A program made the translations under genes and the position numbers. The notes beneath the pieces were generated by a model. The model did not search any database. It worked only from the letters and a program-made list of their open reading frames with translations, and was not told where the DNA came from. Positions 51,154 to 64,000 of a DNA stretch of 64,000 nt are shown here, piece after piece. Position 1 is the first letter of the stretch, and the number at the start of each line of letters is the position of its first letter. Source of the stretch: Octopus sinensis (lineage: Eukaryota); contig NC_043010.1 of NCBI RefSeq assembly GCF_006345805.1, forward strand, positions 27,094,001 through 27,158,000, given 5' to 3'.

Positions 51154-52519
51154 ACGGAAGAAATGGAGTAATCTGTGTTTACACACACACACACACACGA
51201 ATATATGATACCAAACTACCCGTGACCGTTCCTGGCTTTTGGTGGCACAAAATTTATATTTTAAGGTAATTTAAGTTCCATCAAAATTTTGTGTTAATTT
51301 GTACGAAACATTAGTTTAATAATGACAAAGTTATTTTAATTAATTCTTTATTATTTTCGAAATTAATCGAATGAAAGGCAGTGTATTTCAAGAGAAATAC
51401 GGTAAGTGATCTAATTTGAAACCTTCCATCGAAATTCCACGATAATTTGTTTCAAATCATTAACTTAACGGCCAAGTCATTTTATTAAATTATCCATTAT
51501 TTTCAAAACTGAAACAAATTCAGTGCATTTTAGCAGAAATATGGTAAGGAAAGGTCTGGAGCTTTCGGAAGAGTGCTTAGAATGTCATGAACCAATTTGA
51601 TTGTAAGTTATACTATGCTGACGGTAAGAATGAAGTAAAAATTTGAAACGTGCGTAGATAACGAAAAAAACAACACAAATAATGAATACAAAAATAGGTG
51701 AGTCTTTTAGTGTTGACTACTTCTTAAAACTGTGAGAGAAACACTGATAAGCAACCCACTCTATTTAAAATATTAAAAATAACTAGAATTAGAAAAGGGA
51801 AAAACTGAAAGTGAATGTAACCGTACCTCGTTAAGCTGGATATCATATAAACCGGACGAAATCTGAGTAAAGAGATTAACTCTCAGCTCTGACTATCACT
51901 TTCCTTAAGTATCAGTGATGCAGGGGCTAATAGTTTCGGTGCGGTAGAGAAGCGTTGTACATTCACTAAAGCTAGTAAATTCATTTTAAATATTAATCTC
52001 CATTAATAATGTAACCATTAAATCATAATGGCGAAGTAATTTTTCTGTCCGCTGCTATGCATTATTGCGAGAGTTTTTCTGAAATAGCCTTAAATACTTC
52101 ACAGTTAGTTGTATCATTGATATGCATAGAGTGGATGGTGGGATAATGGAAGAATGATTAAAAAAAAAGGCCAGAGGCGAGTGATATTTCACCAGCACAA
52201 CTCTGTTTATTATTCGCCACTACATCCCTCTCTACGAAATCTATGTTTTCTTTGTAGCATGCCACATTTGCCTCTTACTAACTAACCTGTTAATTCGCCC
52301 ACGATTGAAATTTACTCTCTTCTCCAAGCTTCTGCACATCGCAGTTTTCAATTTACACCCATAGATATTCGGAATTTTATTTACGCTCGAAATATTTCGC
52401 AGATTAAGTATTTCACTTGAAAATTTATGCTTAGATTCGAACCAACAACCATTACTTTACCTACAAGCTTTTTTAAAACAAATGTTTCATTGTAGAAAAT
52501 AGCAACAGTGTATATATTT

Positions 52520-52748
52520 CCTTATTGCCCACAAGGGGCTAAACATAGAGGGGACAAACAAGGACAGACAAACGGATAAAGTCGATTATATCGACCCCAG
52601 TGCGTAACTGGTACTTAATTTATCGACCCCGAAAGGATGAAAGGCAAAGTCGACCTCGGCGGAATTTGAACTCAGAACGTAGCGACGGGCGAAATACCAC
52701 TAAACATTTCACCCAGCGTTCTAACGTTTCTGCCAGCTCACCGCCTTA
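52520..52748 (-). mobile_element. SINE family B (CpG-intact copy)
   Basis: AAGGCGGTGAGCTGGCAGAAACGTTAG...GAGTTCAAATTCCGCCGAGGTCGAC on the minus strand. Confidence 0.88.
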
Positions 52749-53357
52749 AATAGCAACAGTGTATATTTAATGTCCGACAACAACAATTCACCAGAGACCC
52801 CAGTGGGCAACTCACATCCACAGATGCAATCTAAATATTTATCCACGCCATCGAATCCGTCGACAGAATATTCCACTCACAAATTCATACCGAGGTTTGA
52901 ACCGACAACCTTTCCTTTACCAAAACTTCTTTAACAAATGTTTTATGGTGGGAAAATAGCAAGCGTGTGTGTTAGGCCAGACAACGGCAACGGCAATTCA
53001 TCAACAATGGAATCTCTCCGTTCGATTCTATTCATTTGATTACAACTTTCTCTTCATTGACAATTGAAGTATTTTGTTCAATGGCCACAGTATTGTCGTT
53101 TAGTTCAACGTAACCTAAATATATCTCGCCATTTTCAAAAAAATCTTTTTATGTATAAACAAACATTGCTTCATCATACAAATACAGGAACACAAACACA
53201 CATACAGAAATAAACACAAATACACATATGCACACATGCACACAAATACACACAGACATTGAAATACATATGTTCATTTATTTTTTCCAGAAATATTTCT
53301 ATATAGAAACATTTGTGTCTATACATACACACACACACGTGCACGTATGCATGTATG

Positions 53358-53407
<50 letters not shown>

Positions 53408-53545
53408 AATATACATATATACATACACACATTTATATACATATACACACACATATATATATATATATACATATATATCTATATACATATATAAATATAT
53501 ATATATAAATATATATACATATATATATGTAAATACACACATACA

Positions 53546-53630
<85 letters not shown>

Positions 53631-54149
53631 CTTATTATAAAAGGCAGATTTTATATATATATATATATATACATACATACACAAATTTCTCTAAAAAGTG
53701 AGCTGTTGACTCTAACCTTAATCTTGTAGATCTGTGCCTTTTGTCTGTAGTCTATTGTCTGCATCATATGTGTGTCTGAGTGTATGTATATACACTCACA
53801 AACACAAATAAACATACTCATAAACATACTGCCTCATATTCACTCTATTAAACGTAAATGTTACTCTGTTGGTTCCCAATTTAGTTATCGGTCTTATTGC
53901 TTTACTCTGGTTTAACATGTTGCACCTTCCTTTTCAAAAAGATTCATTCATGTGACTACTATACTCAGATTAACTAACATCCCCCCCACACGCACCTTCT
54001 CTTCCTTTCTTACTTCCTTCCCGCTACATTTACCATATACATACGCACAAGAACACAAACACATAAATATATATACAACCACAGTTTATGTTTGATAGTA
54101 AAACAACAGTAACAACAACCAAAACAACAATAATAATAATAATAATCTG

Positions 54150-54380
54150 GGTTTTATGTCTACTTCCTCTATTCATCTGTTGAGAACTTTCCCTGAAGAT
54201 CTGAACAGATGGATAAAGGAAATAGACATAAAGCCCAGTTTCGTACAGCTCCAGAAAACGGTGTTATTAGGGACAGCTAGGATACTTAGGAGTTTTTGGC
54301 ATCTAAGGTTACTTGTTGTGGTCGGATGTTAAGATTTTTTCTTTTCCAACAGTGTAATCTGTTGGAAATAATAATAGAAA
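54150..54380 (+). mobile_element. R4/Dong-like 3' fragment after (AAT)n
   Basis: QLQKTVLLGTARILR C-terminal motif, as in 29687-29911. Confidence 0.65.
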
Positions 54381-55214
54381 AAAAATTATTGAAAAACAAA
54401 CGGTCCGAGATTGTCTCTGACTGTCGCGATGGCTTAATGTTGCTCTTCTCTAATAAATATGATTATGATATAGAAATCGGTGGAAATATTTCAAGACTTA
54501 GCCATACAATAATTTATTGAGTGCTGCATTATCGATCGTGGTCTTCCAGTTTTTAAGACTATGTAACGCATGACTGGTACTATGTTTGGTCGTTAGTTCT
54601 AGCAGGAAGATTCACTCCGGAGGGAAATATACGGGATTCCCTCACTTTCGGAAGAAATATCGATGGTTTTCCAATTTTAAACCTCTTACTGACGAAGTCC
54701 CTCATGCATATATGCATGTATATATGTATGTATGCATGCACGTATGTAAGTGCGTATGTATGCGCATGTATGTATATATATATATATTTATATAGATCAT
54801 ATTCATCCACTTATATATGTATGCATACATATACATAGATGTGTATTTGTATATATGCATGTACATATATATAACTTATATACGTGTGTGTGTGTATCTC
54901 TTATTATAAAAGGCAGATTTTATCTGCCTCCCTTTGTATCTTATAGAAATCTACAATATAGGATTTCTTCAATTACAATTTACCTAGCATTTTTAAGAGT
55001 AGAATGCATCGGGTCGTGCCAGGTCCAGTTTTTAAAATTTCAACCCCAATTAAGCAAAATTTAGAGAAAACTCACATTGTGGTGTGTATGTCAAATGCTT
55101 TTCTTAGTGTGGGCTACAGCACACATACACGCACACACACACAAACGGAGCGAACTGTTTCACTGACGCTATCACTCTTATTTCTTCTTTCTCTTTGCAA
55201 GTTTGCAACGATTA

Positions 55215-55553
55215 AAGTGAAAACAGTGAATCCGACAGCGATAAAGAAAATGAATTGGCACCCGAATGGAGTGAAAATTTAAAAAACTGTTTCTTTCGGT
55301 GATTTTTCTGAAGAAACTGGACCAAGCCACAGACTTTCCCAGAAGAGTAAAGCCTTAGACTATTTCTTTTTACTTTTTCGAATGAGCCTATTTGAAATCA
55401 TTACGGCGGAAACGAACCGTTACGCTAGACGTAAACAAAGCGAAAGAAAGGATAGTTTGTTATTTCCCACAACCTTAAATGAAATTAAGGCCTATTTTGC
55501 CATAAATATTATTATGGGTATCAGAAAGTTACCCAGAATAACAAATTCTATCG
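55215..55553 (+). pseudogene. piggyBac (PGBD-like) transposase N-terminal fragment
   Basis: FSEETGPSHRLSQKSKALDYFFLLF..LFEIITAETNRYA...TTLNEIKAYFAINIIMGIRKLPRI; acidic leader; one frameshift. Confidence 0.8.
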
Positions 55554-55986
55554 TAAAATTTTGTTGTATACCCAATTGAATATTAGCTAATAACCCATTT
55601 TCTATAGCGATGTTTGAACAAAATTTTAATAATTTTATATATTGTTGAATTTACCTGTATCTACCTGCAATTAGAGTCACTTTGTGACAAAAATTATAGT
55701 ATAGAATTGGTTGAGAACATTTCATTAAATTATCTTCCAAAATTCTTGTTAATATATTGATAAATAAAAAAGTTATAGTTGTTTAATGAAACCAGACTAA
55801 ATTTATGATTACGTTAGAAATTAATTGAAACACATAAGGGATGTATTTTGGTCAGAAATATAGTAACGAAGGGGTTAAGAAAAACCAAAAAATATTTTAT
55901 TCTTTATAAATGTTGTGTTCAAAATAACATTTTCTTTTAAGAATATGTATATAACAAAGTATGTGTATATAACTACGTGGCTTATA

Positions 55987-56385
55987 TCTTTATATATAAA
56001 ACTGAAGTTGTGTGTCTGTCTCCTACGATTTAGATTCCTAACTACTCCCACATTTTGCGGTGCAGTGTAACCAAAACCGGGTATCTTATAGTCGTGATTC
56101 ATATCGAGCCCTTCTGGGTATTAGCGCGCGTCTACGATGAGTCTACGATTTAAAAAAAATTTACCATCATATTTTTCCATTTTAATGCATTTTTTCGCTA
56201 TTATATAAGGGAAGTAACTCTCTAAAAATATCTACGATGTGTCAACGATTAAAAAAAAAAATTTACCTTAATTTTTTTTCCATTTTTAATGCATTTTTTT
56301 TGCTATTTTTTGGCTATAACTCTCTAAAAATGCTTATATAGTTATTTCCCTTACAAACCCGAGCAACGCCGGGCGATACTGCTAG
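55987..56385 (+). mobile_element. Non-autonomous Helitron
   Basis: A|TC 5' end, subterminal hairpin CCCGAGCAACGCCGGG, CTAG|T 3' end, no TSD. Confidence 0.85.
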
Positions 56386-56974
56386 TACGTATATATGTAT
56401 GTATACACACATGTGTGTATATATATATATATATGTGTGTGTCTATGTGTATATGTAGGAGATTTCAACAGTACCCACTGAACGGGACGCTGGTCGTCAC
56501 AGATTTAAGTTGTCAGCTGTTACTGGAACACATTTACAGCTGAGTGGACTGGGGCAATACAAAAGAAAGTGTTTTACTCAAGCACATAACTCATCTCCAT
56601 GTCCGGGAATCGAAACTACAATCTTACGATTGTGAGTGCAACACCACAACCGCTGAGCCACGCACCTTCACAAGCGCATATTAACTATTGAAAAAAAAAC
56701 AGACACCAACCGTTAAGTTCATTCAATAATTTATTGTTGGCGCCAAAATTTTCGCCGTACTGTCTGCGACCTGGTCACTGACACAGTTTCGTTGTAACAC
56801 TGTAGAGTGACGAAAATTTTGACACTAAATAATAAATGTATAATTGGAATTAACAGTTTTTGTATAGCACTAAATGGCTAACGTTTGTCTTCCACGCTGT
56901 AATTACTTTAGTTCCAACACAAACTCTCAATTCTAATTACTTGCCAGACAAGAACATCTTCGGAACTTTTACTG

Positions 56975-57032
<58 letters not shown>

Positions 57033-57506
57033 CACGGTAGTCAACGATGGTAAATTTTGCAAGTATATTTTTGCCATCATGAGTAATATCAGGAAATATG
57101 GCAGACATACGTTTATTATGATTTTACTTTTATGAAATTTCTTGCTGTTTATACAAAGTGATGAAATGAATACTAATTCTTCGAAAGAACAATATTTTAT
57201 TACCTAAAAATAAAATAGTATAATGTAATAACTAAAATTACTCTCAGTGTTGGTTTTATACACACACACACACTCACTCATATACTCATATATATACACC
57301 CACGCACACACACTGCTTATCTGTCTATCGATCGATATCTATTAATGAATATAGAGACAGACGGACAGACAGATAGATAGATACGCGCGCGCATGTGTGT
57401 GTACATCCTCTCTTTCTGTGTTTATCATTCTTTCTCCATCGCCGTGTGTGTAGTGTTAATTTACTCATTGCCTGCCACAAAGTCTAGCGTGAGCACTCAT
57501 ATTGTA

Positions 57507-58799
57507 CGGGGGGCGTTCAATAAGTAATGCCCCTGACCGAATTGCAGTTGTTTGATCTAGCTGAAATTTTGCATGTGCAATTATTTATATATCTATAGAT
57601 TAAGTGGGAAATTACAGCTCTGAACTAATTGTGGTTTCTGATTTACAGGTGTTTGAACTGAGTCAGGTGTGAAATGGAGCCTTGTTGAGTGTCGAGCAGT
57701 GATCTGGTTTTTGTATTTGAAAGGACGCACACCACGGGATACTTTTGATGAAATGAAAGTAACTTATGGTGATGATGCCCCATCATATGACCTTGTAAAA
57801 CGCTGGCATCGTGAATTCAAACTTGGTCGGAACTCTGTGGAAACAGCTCCCAGATCTGGTCGCCCCCCTTCTGCCATTGATGAGGCATCTGTCCGTCAAG
57901 TTGAGGCTGCCATTTTGGAAGATCGACGCATAACTATTCCCCATATAGCCCATGAGGTCAAGATTAGTACCGAGTCTGTGGAAACTATCATTCATTCCCA
58001 TTTACATATGCAAAATGTGTCTGCCAGATGGATTCCCAGGTTGCTCACACCTTTCCAGAAGCAAGAACGCGTTGAATGCTCGAGGATAAATTTGGAGATG
58101 TGCCAAGAAGATGAGTCAAAATATTTCAAAAGACTGATTACACAGGATGAAACCTGGGTCCATCACTATGATCCAGAGACCAAAGCCCAGTCAATGCAGT
58201 GGAAGCGCCGTGACTCACCTCCTCCAAAGAAGGCAAGGGTGCAGCCCTCCGCTGGCAAGGTCACGCTCACAGTCTTCTGGGACCAGGACAGAGTAGTGAT
58301 GACAGATTTTCTGGCAAAGGGTACCACAATTACAGGAGCCTATTATGCTTCGCTTTTGAGGAAATTAAGAGAAGCTATCAAAATCAAGAGGCGGGGCAAG
58401 ATCAGCAAGGGTATCCTCCTCCTGCAGGACAACGCTCCGGTCCACAACTCGCGTGTCACCAGATCAGAAGCACAGGCGTGCGGCTATGAACTTCTCCCCC
58501 ATCCCCCTACTCTCCTGATCTTGCACCCGCTGATTTTCACCTCTTCCCACCCATGAAGTTGTTTTTGAAAGGAAAGCGTTTACCAGATGATGCAGCCTTG
58601 GTTTCTGAAGTCACGTCGTGGTTGGAGGACCAAGCTGGGGTCTTCTACAAAAACGGTATCCAGAGCTGCATCAAACGATGGGAGAAATGCGTAACTCTGG
58701 GTGGTTCCTATGTAGAAAAAGACTAATACCTGTGCCGAGTATTGTTGCTCTACTACTATGGGAAGTGGGTCAGGGGCATTACTTATTGAACGCCCCTCG
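57507..58799 (+). mobile_element. Full-length mariner (DD34D), 1293 bp, transposase frameshifted
   Basis: 32-bp TIRs (1 mismatch), TA TSDs. CDS 57674-58726 has DETW, QDNAP and SPDLAPAD with 34-residue spacing; +1 shift after codon 3 and -1 shift at HPPY. Confidence 0.97.
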
Positions 58800-58865
58800 T
58801 ATCTATGATGCTAACTCTCTGTACCTCTGTTTTTCTCTTTCGCTGCTGTAAATCGTGACTGGAGA

Positions 58866-59102
58866 AACCAGCCAACCAACCAACCAACCAACCAACCAAC
58901 CAACCAACCAGCCAACCAGCCAACCAACCAACCAACCAACCAACCAACCAACCAACCATCCAACCATCCATCCAACCATCCAACCAACCAACCAACCAAC
59001 CAACCAACCAACCAACCAACCAACCAACCATCCATCCATCCAGCCAACCAACCAACCAACCAACCAACCAACCAACAACCAACCAACCAACCAGCCAGCC
59101 AA
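58866..59102. repeat. (CCAA)n microsatellite with CCAT/CCAG variants
   Basis: Direct reading. Confidence 0.97.
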
Positions 59103-60249
59103 CATTTACGTCGGCCATTCATGTATAGAGATTCTTATTTCTGACTTCCCATGCGAAGTGTGTCATCCGTTTTTTTTCTCTCTCTCCAGGTCAAAACGAT
59201 TGAGAAACAGTAAAACTTAGCAGATCGATTATAATATAGTCATGAATGATGCATTGTATCTTAAATGGAGAAGGGATGATGACGGCTTGATCGTCTTTGA
59301 TCAAAGATCTACTCACTCAGAGCTGACCTGGGGTTAAAAAATAATAACAACAACTGCAACAACAAGCATACAATAATTGCATGTATATAAAGCTGCTGGT
59401 TGACTTGCTTGCAACAATGAGACGAACCTATACATGGTCTCTCAGCTTGTTAGAAACAGCAGCCAAATCGCATTCAAATAACAAAAGGAAGGACATATTG
59501 GTTGAATGCTATCAGATTGAGATAAAGCAATATTTGAACTGGAAAGACAAGATTGTCTTAGCTAGAATGTCTCTGATCACACGTCTGTTTTACTTGAGGA
59601 TTAAATAATAATAACAACGACGACGACAACTGTAATGATAATTATTGCCAAAAAAGAGCAAGGGAGACAATTCTGAAATCCAAATTTACTTTACTCTTCG
59701 CGCGGGAGAAGAATGGGACTATTGATGCAACAGGAAAGGTGGAAGTGGTTGTTATGTTGTTTAGGCCTCGGCCAACTCTCATCGAAAGGCATTCCGACCA
59801 TGACTCTTATTTTTTTAAAGATTAGCAGGGCACTGGCCTCCTCTGTTTTCAAGACGGTAGGATTTGATTTGAGGACTTTAACTGCTATTTCTAGCTGGAC
59901 GAACGGCCATGTTGAACATCCTTTTTTTTTTGGCGGTTAACATGATGGAATCGTTAGGCTGACATCGTGAAATACAACGTGACTGAGTATTCAACGAGGC
60001 AGGACAGAGTTTCCGCCTACCCGGTTTAACTGTCTGGACTTGGATTAATCTCGGGCCAAAGTAAAAGAGAAGAAAAGTACCCAAGATGCTACGCTATGGG
60101 ATCGAACGCAAAACCTCATCATTGCAAGGCAAACTACTTAGCCATTGGATCAAACGGCATCTATGCGCGTACACACACGCACGCACACATGTATACATAC
60201 ACATGCATACATTGTATATATATATATTTATATACACACACATACATTA

Positions 60250-60321
<72 letters not shown>

Positions 60322-60509
60322 ATAATATATATATATATAGATAGATAGATAGATAGATAGATACATACATACATACATGCACATACATATATACATACAT
60401 ACACATACACGTGTACACATATTTCTCCCATAAATCGTTTGTTTGAACAGCTTGCTTGTTGCTTCATTTTAGATGGAAAATGAAACATCGTGTTATGCTT
60501 ATTCTGTTT

Positions 60510-60552
<43 letters not shown>

Positions 60553-60857
60553 CGAGAAAGATTAATGAGAGAGACAGATAGAGAAAGAGACAGAGAGAAA
60601 AATGAGAGCAGACGATGGTGTTGGTTTAAAAGAACTTGTTATAAGGAAACAATTTGAAGAAAATTGAACGCATTTAACGCACACCATACGAACGAGGACA
60701 TCTCAACCCAGGAGGACTTACATATACATACGCTCACACACATCGCATGCGCGCACACACACACATAGTGATGTACACAAGACACAAATAGATACATACA
60801 GAAATAGACAAATAGATGCAGCAACATATAGGCACACAGGAGTCAAGCACGCATAAC

Positions 60858-60890
<33 letters not shown>

Positions 60891-60921
60891 ACACACACAC
60901 ACAGGAAAGAAGGGAAGGAGG

Positions 60922-60956
60922 GTTAAACGTTTCGAGCGGAGCTCTTCGTCGGAAAC
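60922..60956 (-). ncRNA. Degenerate minimal hammerhead in a PLE-associated repeat
   Basis: GTTT-CCGACGA-A-GAGC(tcc)GCTC-GAAA-CG-TTT-AAC; core U4>C. Confidence 0.5.
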
Positions 60957-61099
60957 AAGGAGAAGGAAAGATCCCAAGAAGGGAAGACAGAGGAAAAAAA
61001 TATTTGTGCTGGTGGTGCTCAAGAGATCACATGTTGATATATACACATATATATATATACATATATATTTACATATATATATACATATATATGTATATA

Positions 61100-61161
61100 T
61101 GGTGCTATTAAGTTAGACATGGCCTGGGCCAATAATGGCCGAAACCTATCAAAGTATCAAA

Positions 61162-61164
<3 letters not shown>
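61100..61164 (+). mobile_element. 65-bp CR1 3'-terminal retrocopy
   Basis: Near-identical to 44151-44222, including the (AAGTATCA)n tail. Confidence 0.85.
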
Positions 61165-61211
<47 letters not shown>

Positions 61212-61399
61212 GTTGCACTCACAGCCCCTATCTCAATTTGTATATATATATATATATATAATTACAAATTGAGATAGGGGTTGTGAGTGCAACCCACCAT
61301 GGGATAACATATATCCAATATACTGCCAGTAAAGCACCTAACAAAGTTAATACATAAATGTTAAGAATTGCGATGCAATTAATTCATTTATTGTATTAT

Positions 61400-63407
61400 A
61401 TGGGCTAAGGTAAATGTTTTACCATAAATTAATAATACAAAATAAGAAAATGGAGAAATACACCTTAATCAATAATCAACTACCAGATAACACCCAATCA
61501 CATAATTTATTAACCCACTACATATGAGCATCAAGGTCAAACATAATAGTACAGAACAAAACAATGCACATCAATGAGTAATATGATGGGGTTAAGTACT
61601 TATATTTGGGAACTTAAGAGCAAGAATATAGATTTTGACTTAAATTGGAAAATACTTACTTCCGCACCAGTATATAATAATAGAAATAAAAAATGCTCTT
61701 TATGCATCAATGAAATCTTCTTTATCATCAAAGCTAGCCTACCTATTATTTATAATATTAATGAGCGAAATATTTTACCTTCACAGACTAGCGTATACCT
61801 TCTATAGATTTAGATAGCACCTAGTTTTCTATCAGTAATTTTTTAACATTTTTTTATATAGGATTACGCCCTTAGGCATTATAATTTATAATTTTATATC
61901 TCCACATATGTGTTCTGTATTGATTGTTTTGGTCTCGGCTTGAAAATATATTGAAATATATATGTATATTCTGATATATACATGGTATTTTGATCTTCAT
62001 GGAATTTTCCATTGGTGTCGGGCGTATACACGCATCATATCTTAGGCTGTTGGTTTGGGACTTTGATATACTGGTACGTAACTAGTTTGGGTCTATATTT
62101 AGTATACGGTGTTTACTTTTGGATAAGTATGTGTATATATATTTACTTATATTTTGTGTGTATGTGTATGTATATGTATATATATGTAAATGTATATGTT
62201 TATGTGTAGGTGTATGTGTTGGTCTACACATGCATGTGTATACTTACGTGGATTTATGTGATTGTATATGTATATATATCTTCCTTGTGAGTCTTCCCAT
62301 GTATTTGTTTGGTAGTCTTAAATACTAAGTTCTCTATGTATATATCTATATTTGTACTTTTTATTATTATTTTTATTATTATTATTTCCTTTTTTCTTTT
62401 TGTATTTTTGTATTTTTTACTATTTATTTATTTTTTTGATTACTGGCACTTATTAATTTAGAATTAATTTATATCTTACATTTTATATTTAATAATAGTT
62501 TATGTTAACATATAAATGTATATGTTCTTCTGTTGTTTGGTTATGCATGAATGTATGTATATGCAAAGCTGTGGGCAGGCATGTATATCTGTAATTTCGA
62601 ACGGGTATGTTGGGTATGTCTACATATGTTCATGTGTATATTTATATATATATATATATATATATTCACTGGTGGATATGTATGTATATGTTTTTTATAT
62701 ATATATGTATATATATGACTGTGTATATATGTGTATACAAATGTTTGCGGATACAATTTGGTGTAGTTCCCCACACCTGTATATATATGGTTTTTGTATG
62801 TATATTGTAATTCTATCTGTATGTATATCTGCGTACGTTTATATGTATATTCATGCTTTTATGGGTAATTTTGCGCTAGTGTATATATGTATATTGTGGT
62901 GTGCGGGTGTGTGTGTGTATGTGTGTGTGTATATATGTTGGTGCAGTTTTCCCATACCTGTGCATGTTCATTGGCGGAGGTTTGAGTGGGAACACATTTG
63001 AAAGTGTTGATATCTGGACGGTTTCGTAGTATTAGGATTGTTTACGAAATATGCGATGTAATTTTTAATTATGTATCTTATGCAAATAACGTACATCATC
63101 TTTGCACTTATTATGGCAAATCTGTGTGTTGAGTTTATACCCTTCTTATAAATTTTATCTGAATATTTTCCAACCTTTGCCTTTCATTAACCCTTAAGTT
63201 TTTCTACCCTTTTAGGCCCCTCTTTTTCGTATATTACGAATTACCCTTCCAACCCTTTAGTTGTATTAACATTTAATATTATCCTAATTTTATGATTCTT
63301 AATACTATTTTAGTTAACACTATGTATTTGTATGTATATATATATATACATATATTCAGTGCGTGACTTTTGGGTATATGTATTTGTTTATACACACACA
63401 CCCCACA

Positions 63408-63440
<33 letters not shown>

Positions 63441-63720
63441 ATATATAATATTATATATATATATAATATATATACGTGAGTAGTTATGTATGTAGCATGT
63501 ATGTGTGTATGTAAGCTTGTATTTTCTGTATTTAGGTTTATCCATGTATGTATGTGTAAGCGCGTAAGCGCACATATACGTGTGTATGTATGTAAGTATT
63601 TCTTAATAAACCAACCGTTAAGAAGACAATTGAAATTCAAATGTGCCAACCAATCGTATTAAGCTTTCGATCTTAAACTACTTCTAAACTTACTACTTAA
63701 TATATATCACCGTCAAAAAC
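61400..63720 (+). mobile_element. Penelope-like remnant (GIY-YIG C-terminus plus low-complexity UTR)
   Basis: LSTYIWELKSKNIDFDLNWKILTSAPVYNNRNKKCSLCINE (61574-61807); boundaries approximate. Confidence 0.6.
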
Positions 63721-64000
63721 TCTGACTAGTATGCGTTTATATGCGTGTGCGTTTATATGCGTGTACACTTCTGGATTTTGCTATGATGTAAATCAATATT
63801 TTTCATTTTATATGTATTTGCTGATCTATAATGTTTTGCATTGTACTGTATTATTATTGTTGTTATATTTATTATGTTGCTATTTCACTATATTATGCTG
63901 TTGATGTATTCTACCTGATTTTTTCCACATAATATGTACTGTGAACCGCGTGATGCACATATTGTTTTACTGGTATTATTATTATTATTAATAATAATAA

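Noticed and set aside
256-63649. Many ORF-track entries rich in Y/I/C/V/H/T
   Set aside because: They are translations of (TA)n, (CA)n, (TATG)n, (TAA)n, (CAT)n and (CCAA)n microsatellites, not genes.
63650-63730. CGAAAGCTTA hammerhead-like half on the minus strand
   Set aside because: The core reads TTTGACGG and stem I does not pair; too degenerate to call.

Overview
Repeat-saturated, AT-rich animal genomic DNA whose SINE/LINE/microsatellite content is typical of an octopus (coleoid cephalopod); the taxon is inferred. One host gene is supported: PRADC1 (protease-associated domain-containing 1) on the minus strand. Four coding exons have canonical splice sites and join in frame: 36271-36389, 34295-34404, 32294-32461 and 27881-27998. 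A probable signal-peptide first exon lies at 46093-46156, just beyond a 100-N gap. The rest is mostly transposon-derived: RTE, Tx1/L1, R4/Dong-like and CR1 non-LTR fragments, Penelope-like elements (PLE), mariner (DD34D) and maT (DD37D) transposons, MITEs, Helitron-like elements, three tRNA-derived SINE families and dense microsatellites. The most notable item is a young 762-bp non-coding element (24904-25665) with identical 258-bp direct repeats. Each repeat carries an intact minimal type I hammerhead ribozyme, and the two cleavage sites are 504 nt apart. This is a retrozyme/mini-PLE, oriented with and just downstream of PRADC1. Other notable items are degenerate hammerheads elsewhere, several fold-back palindromes, an R4/Dong insertion into the (TAA)n run forming the last PRADC1 splice acceptor, and a sharp CpG-decay boundary near 46 kb. 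All calls were made by eye, without database searches.
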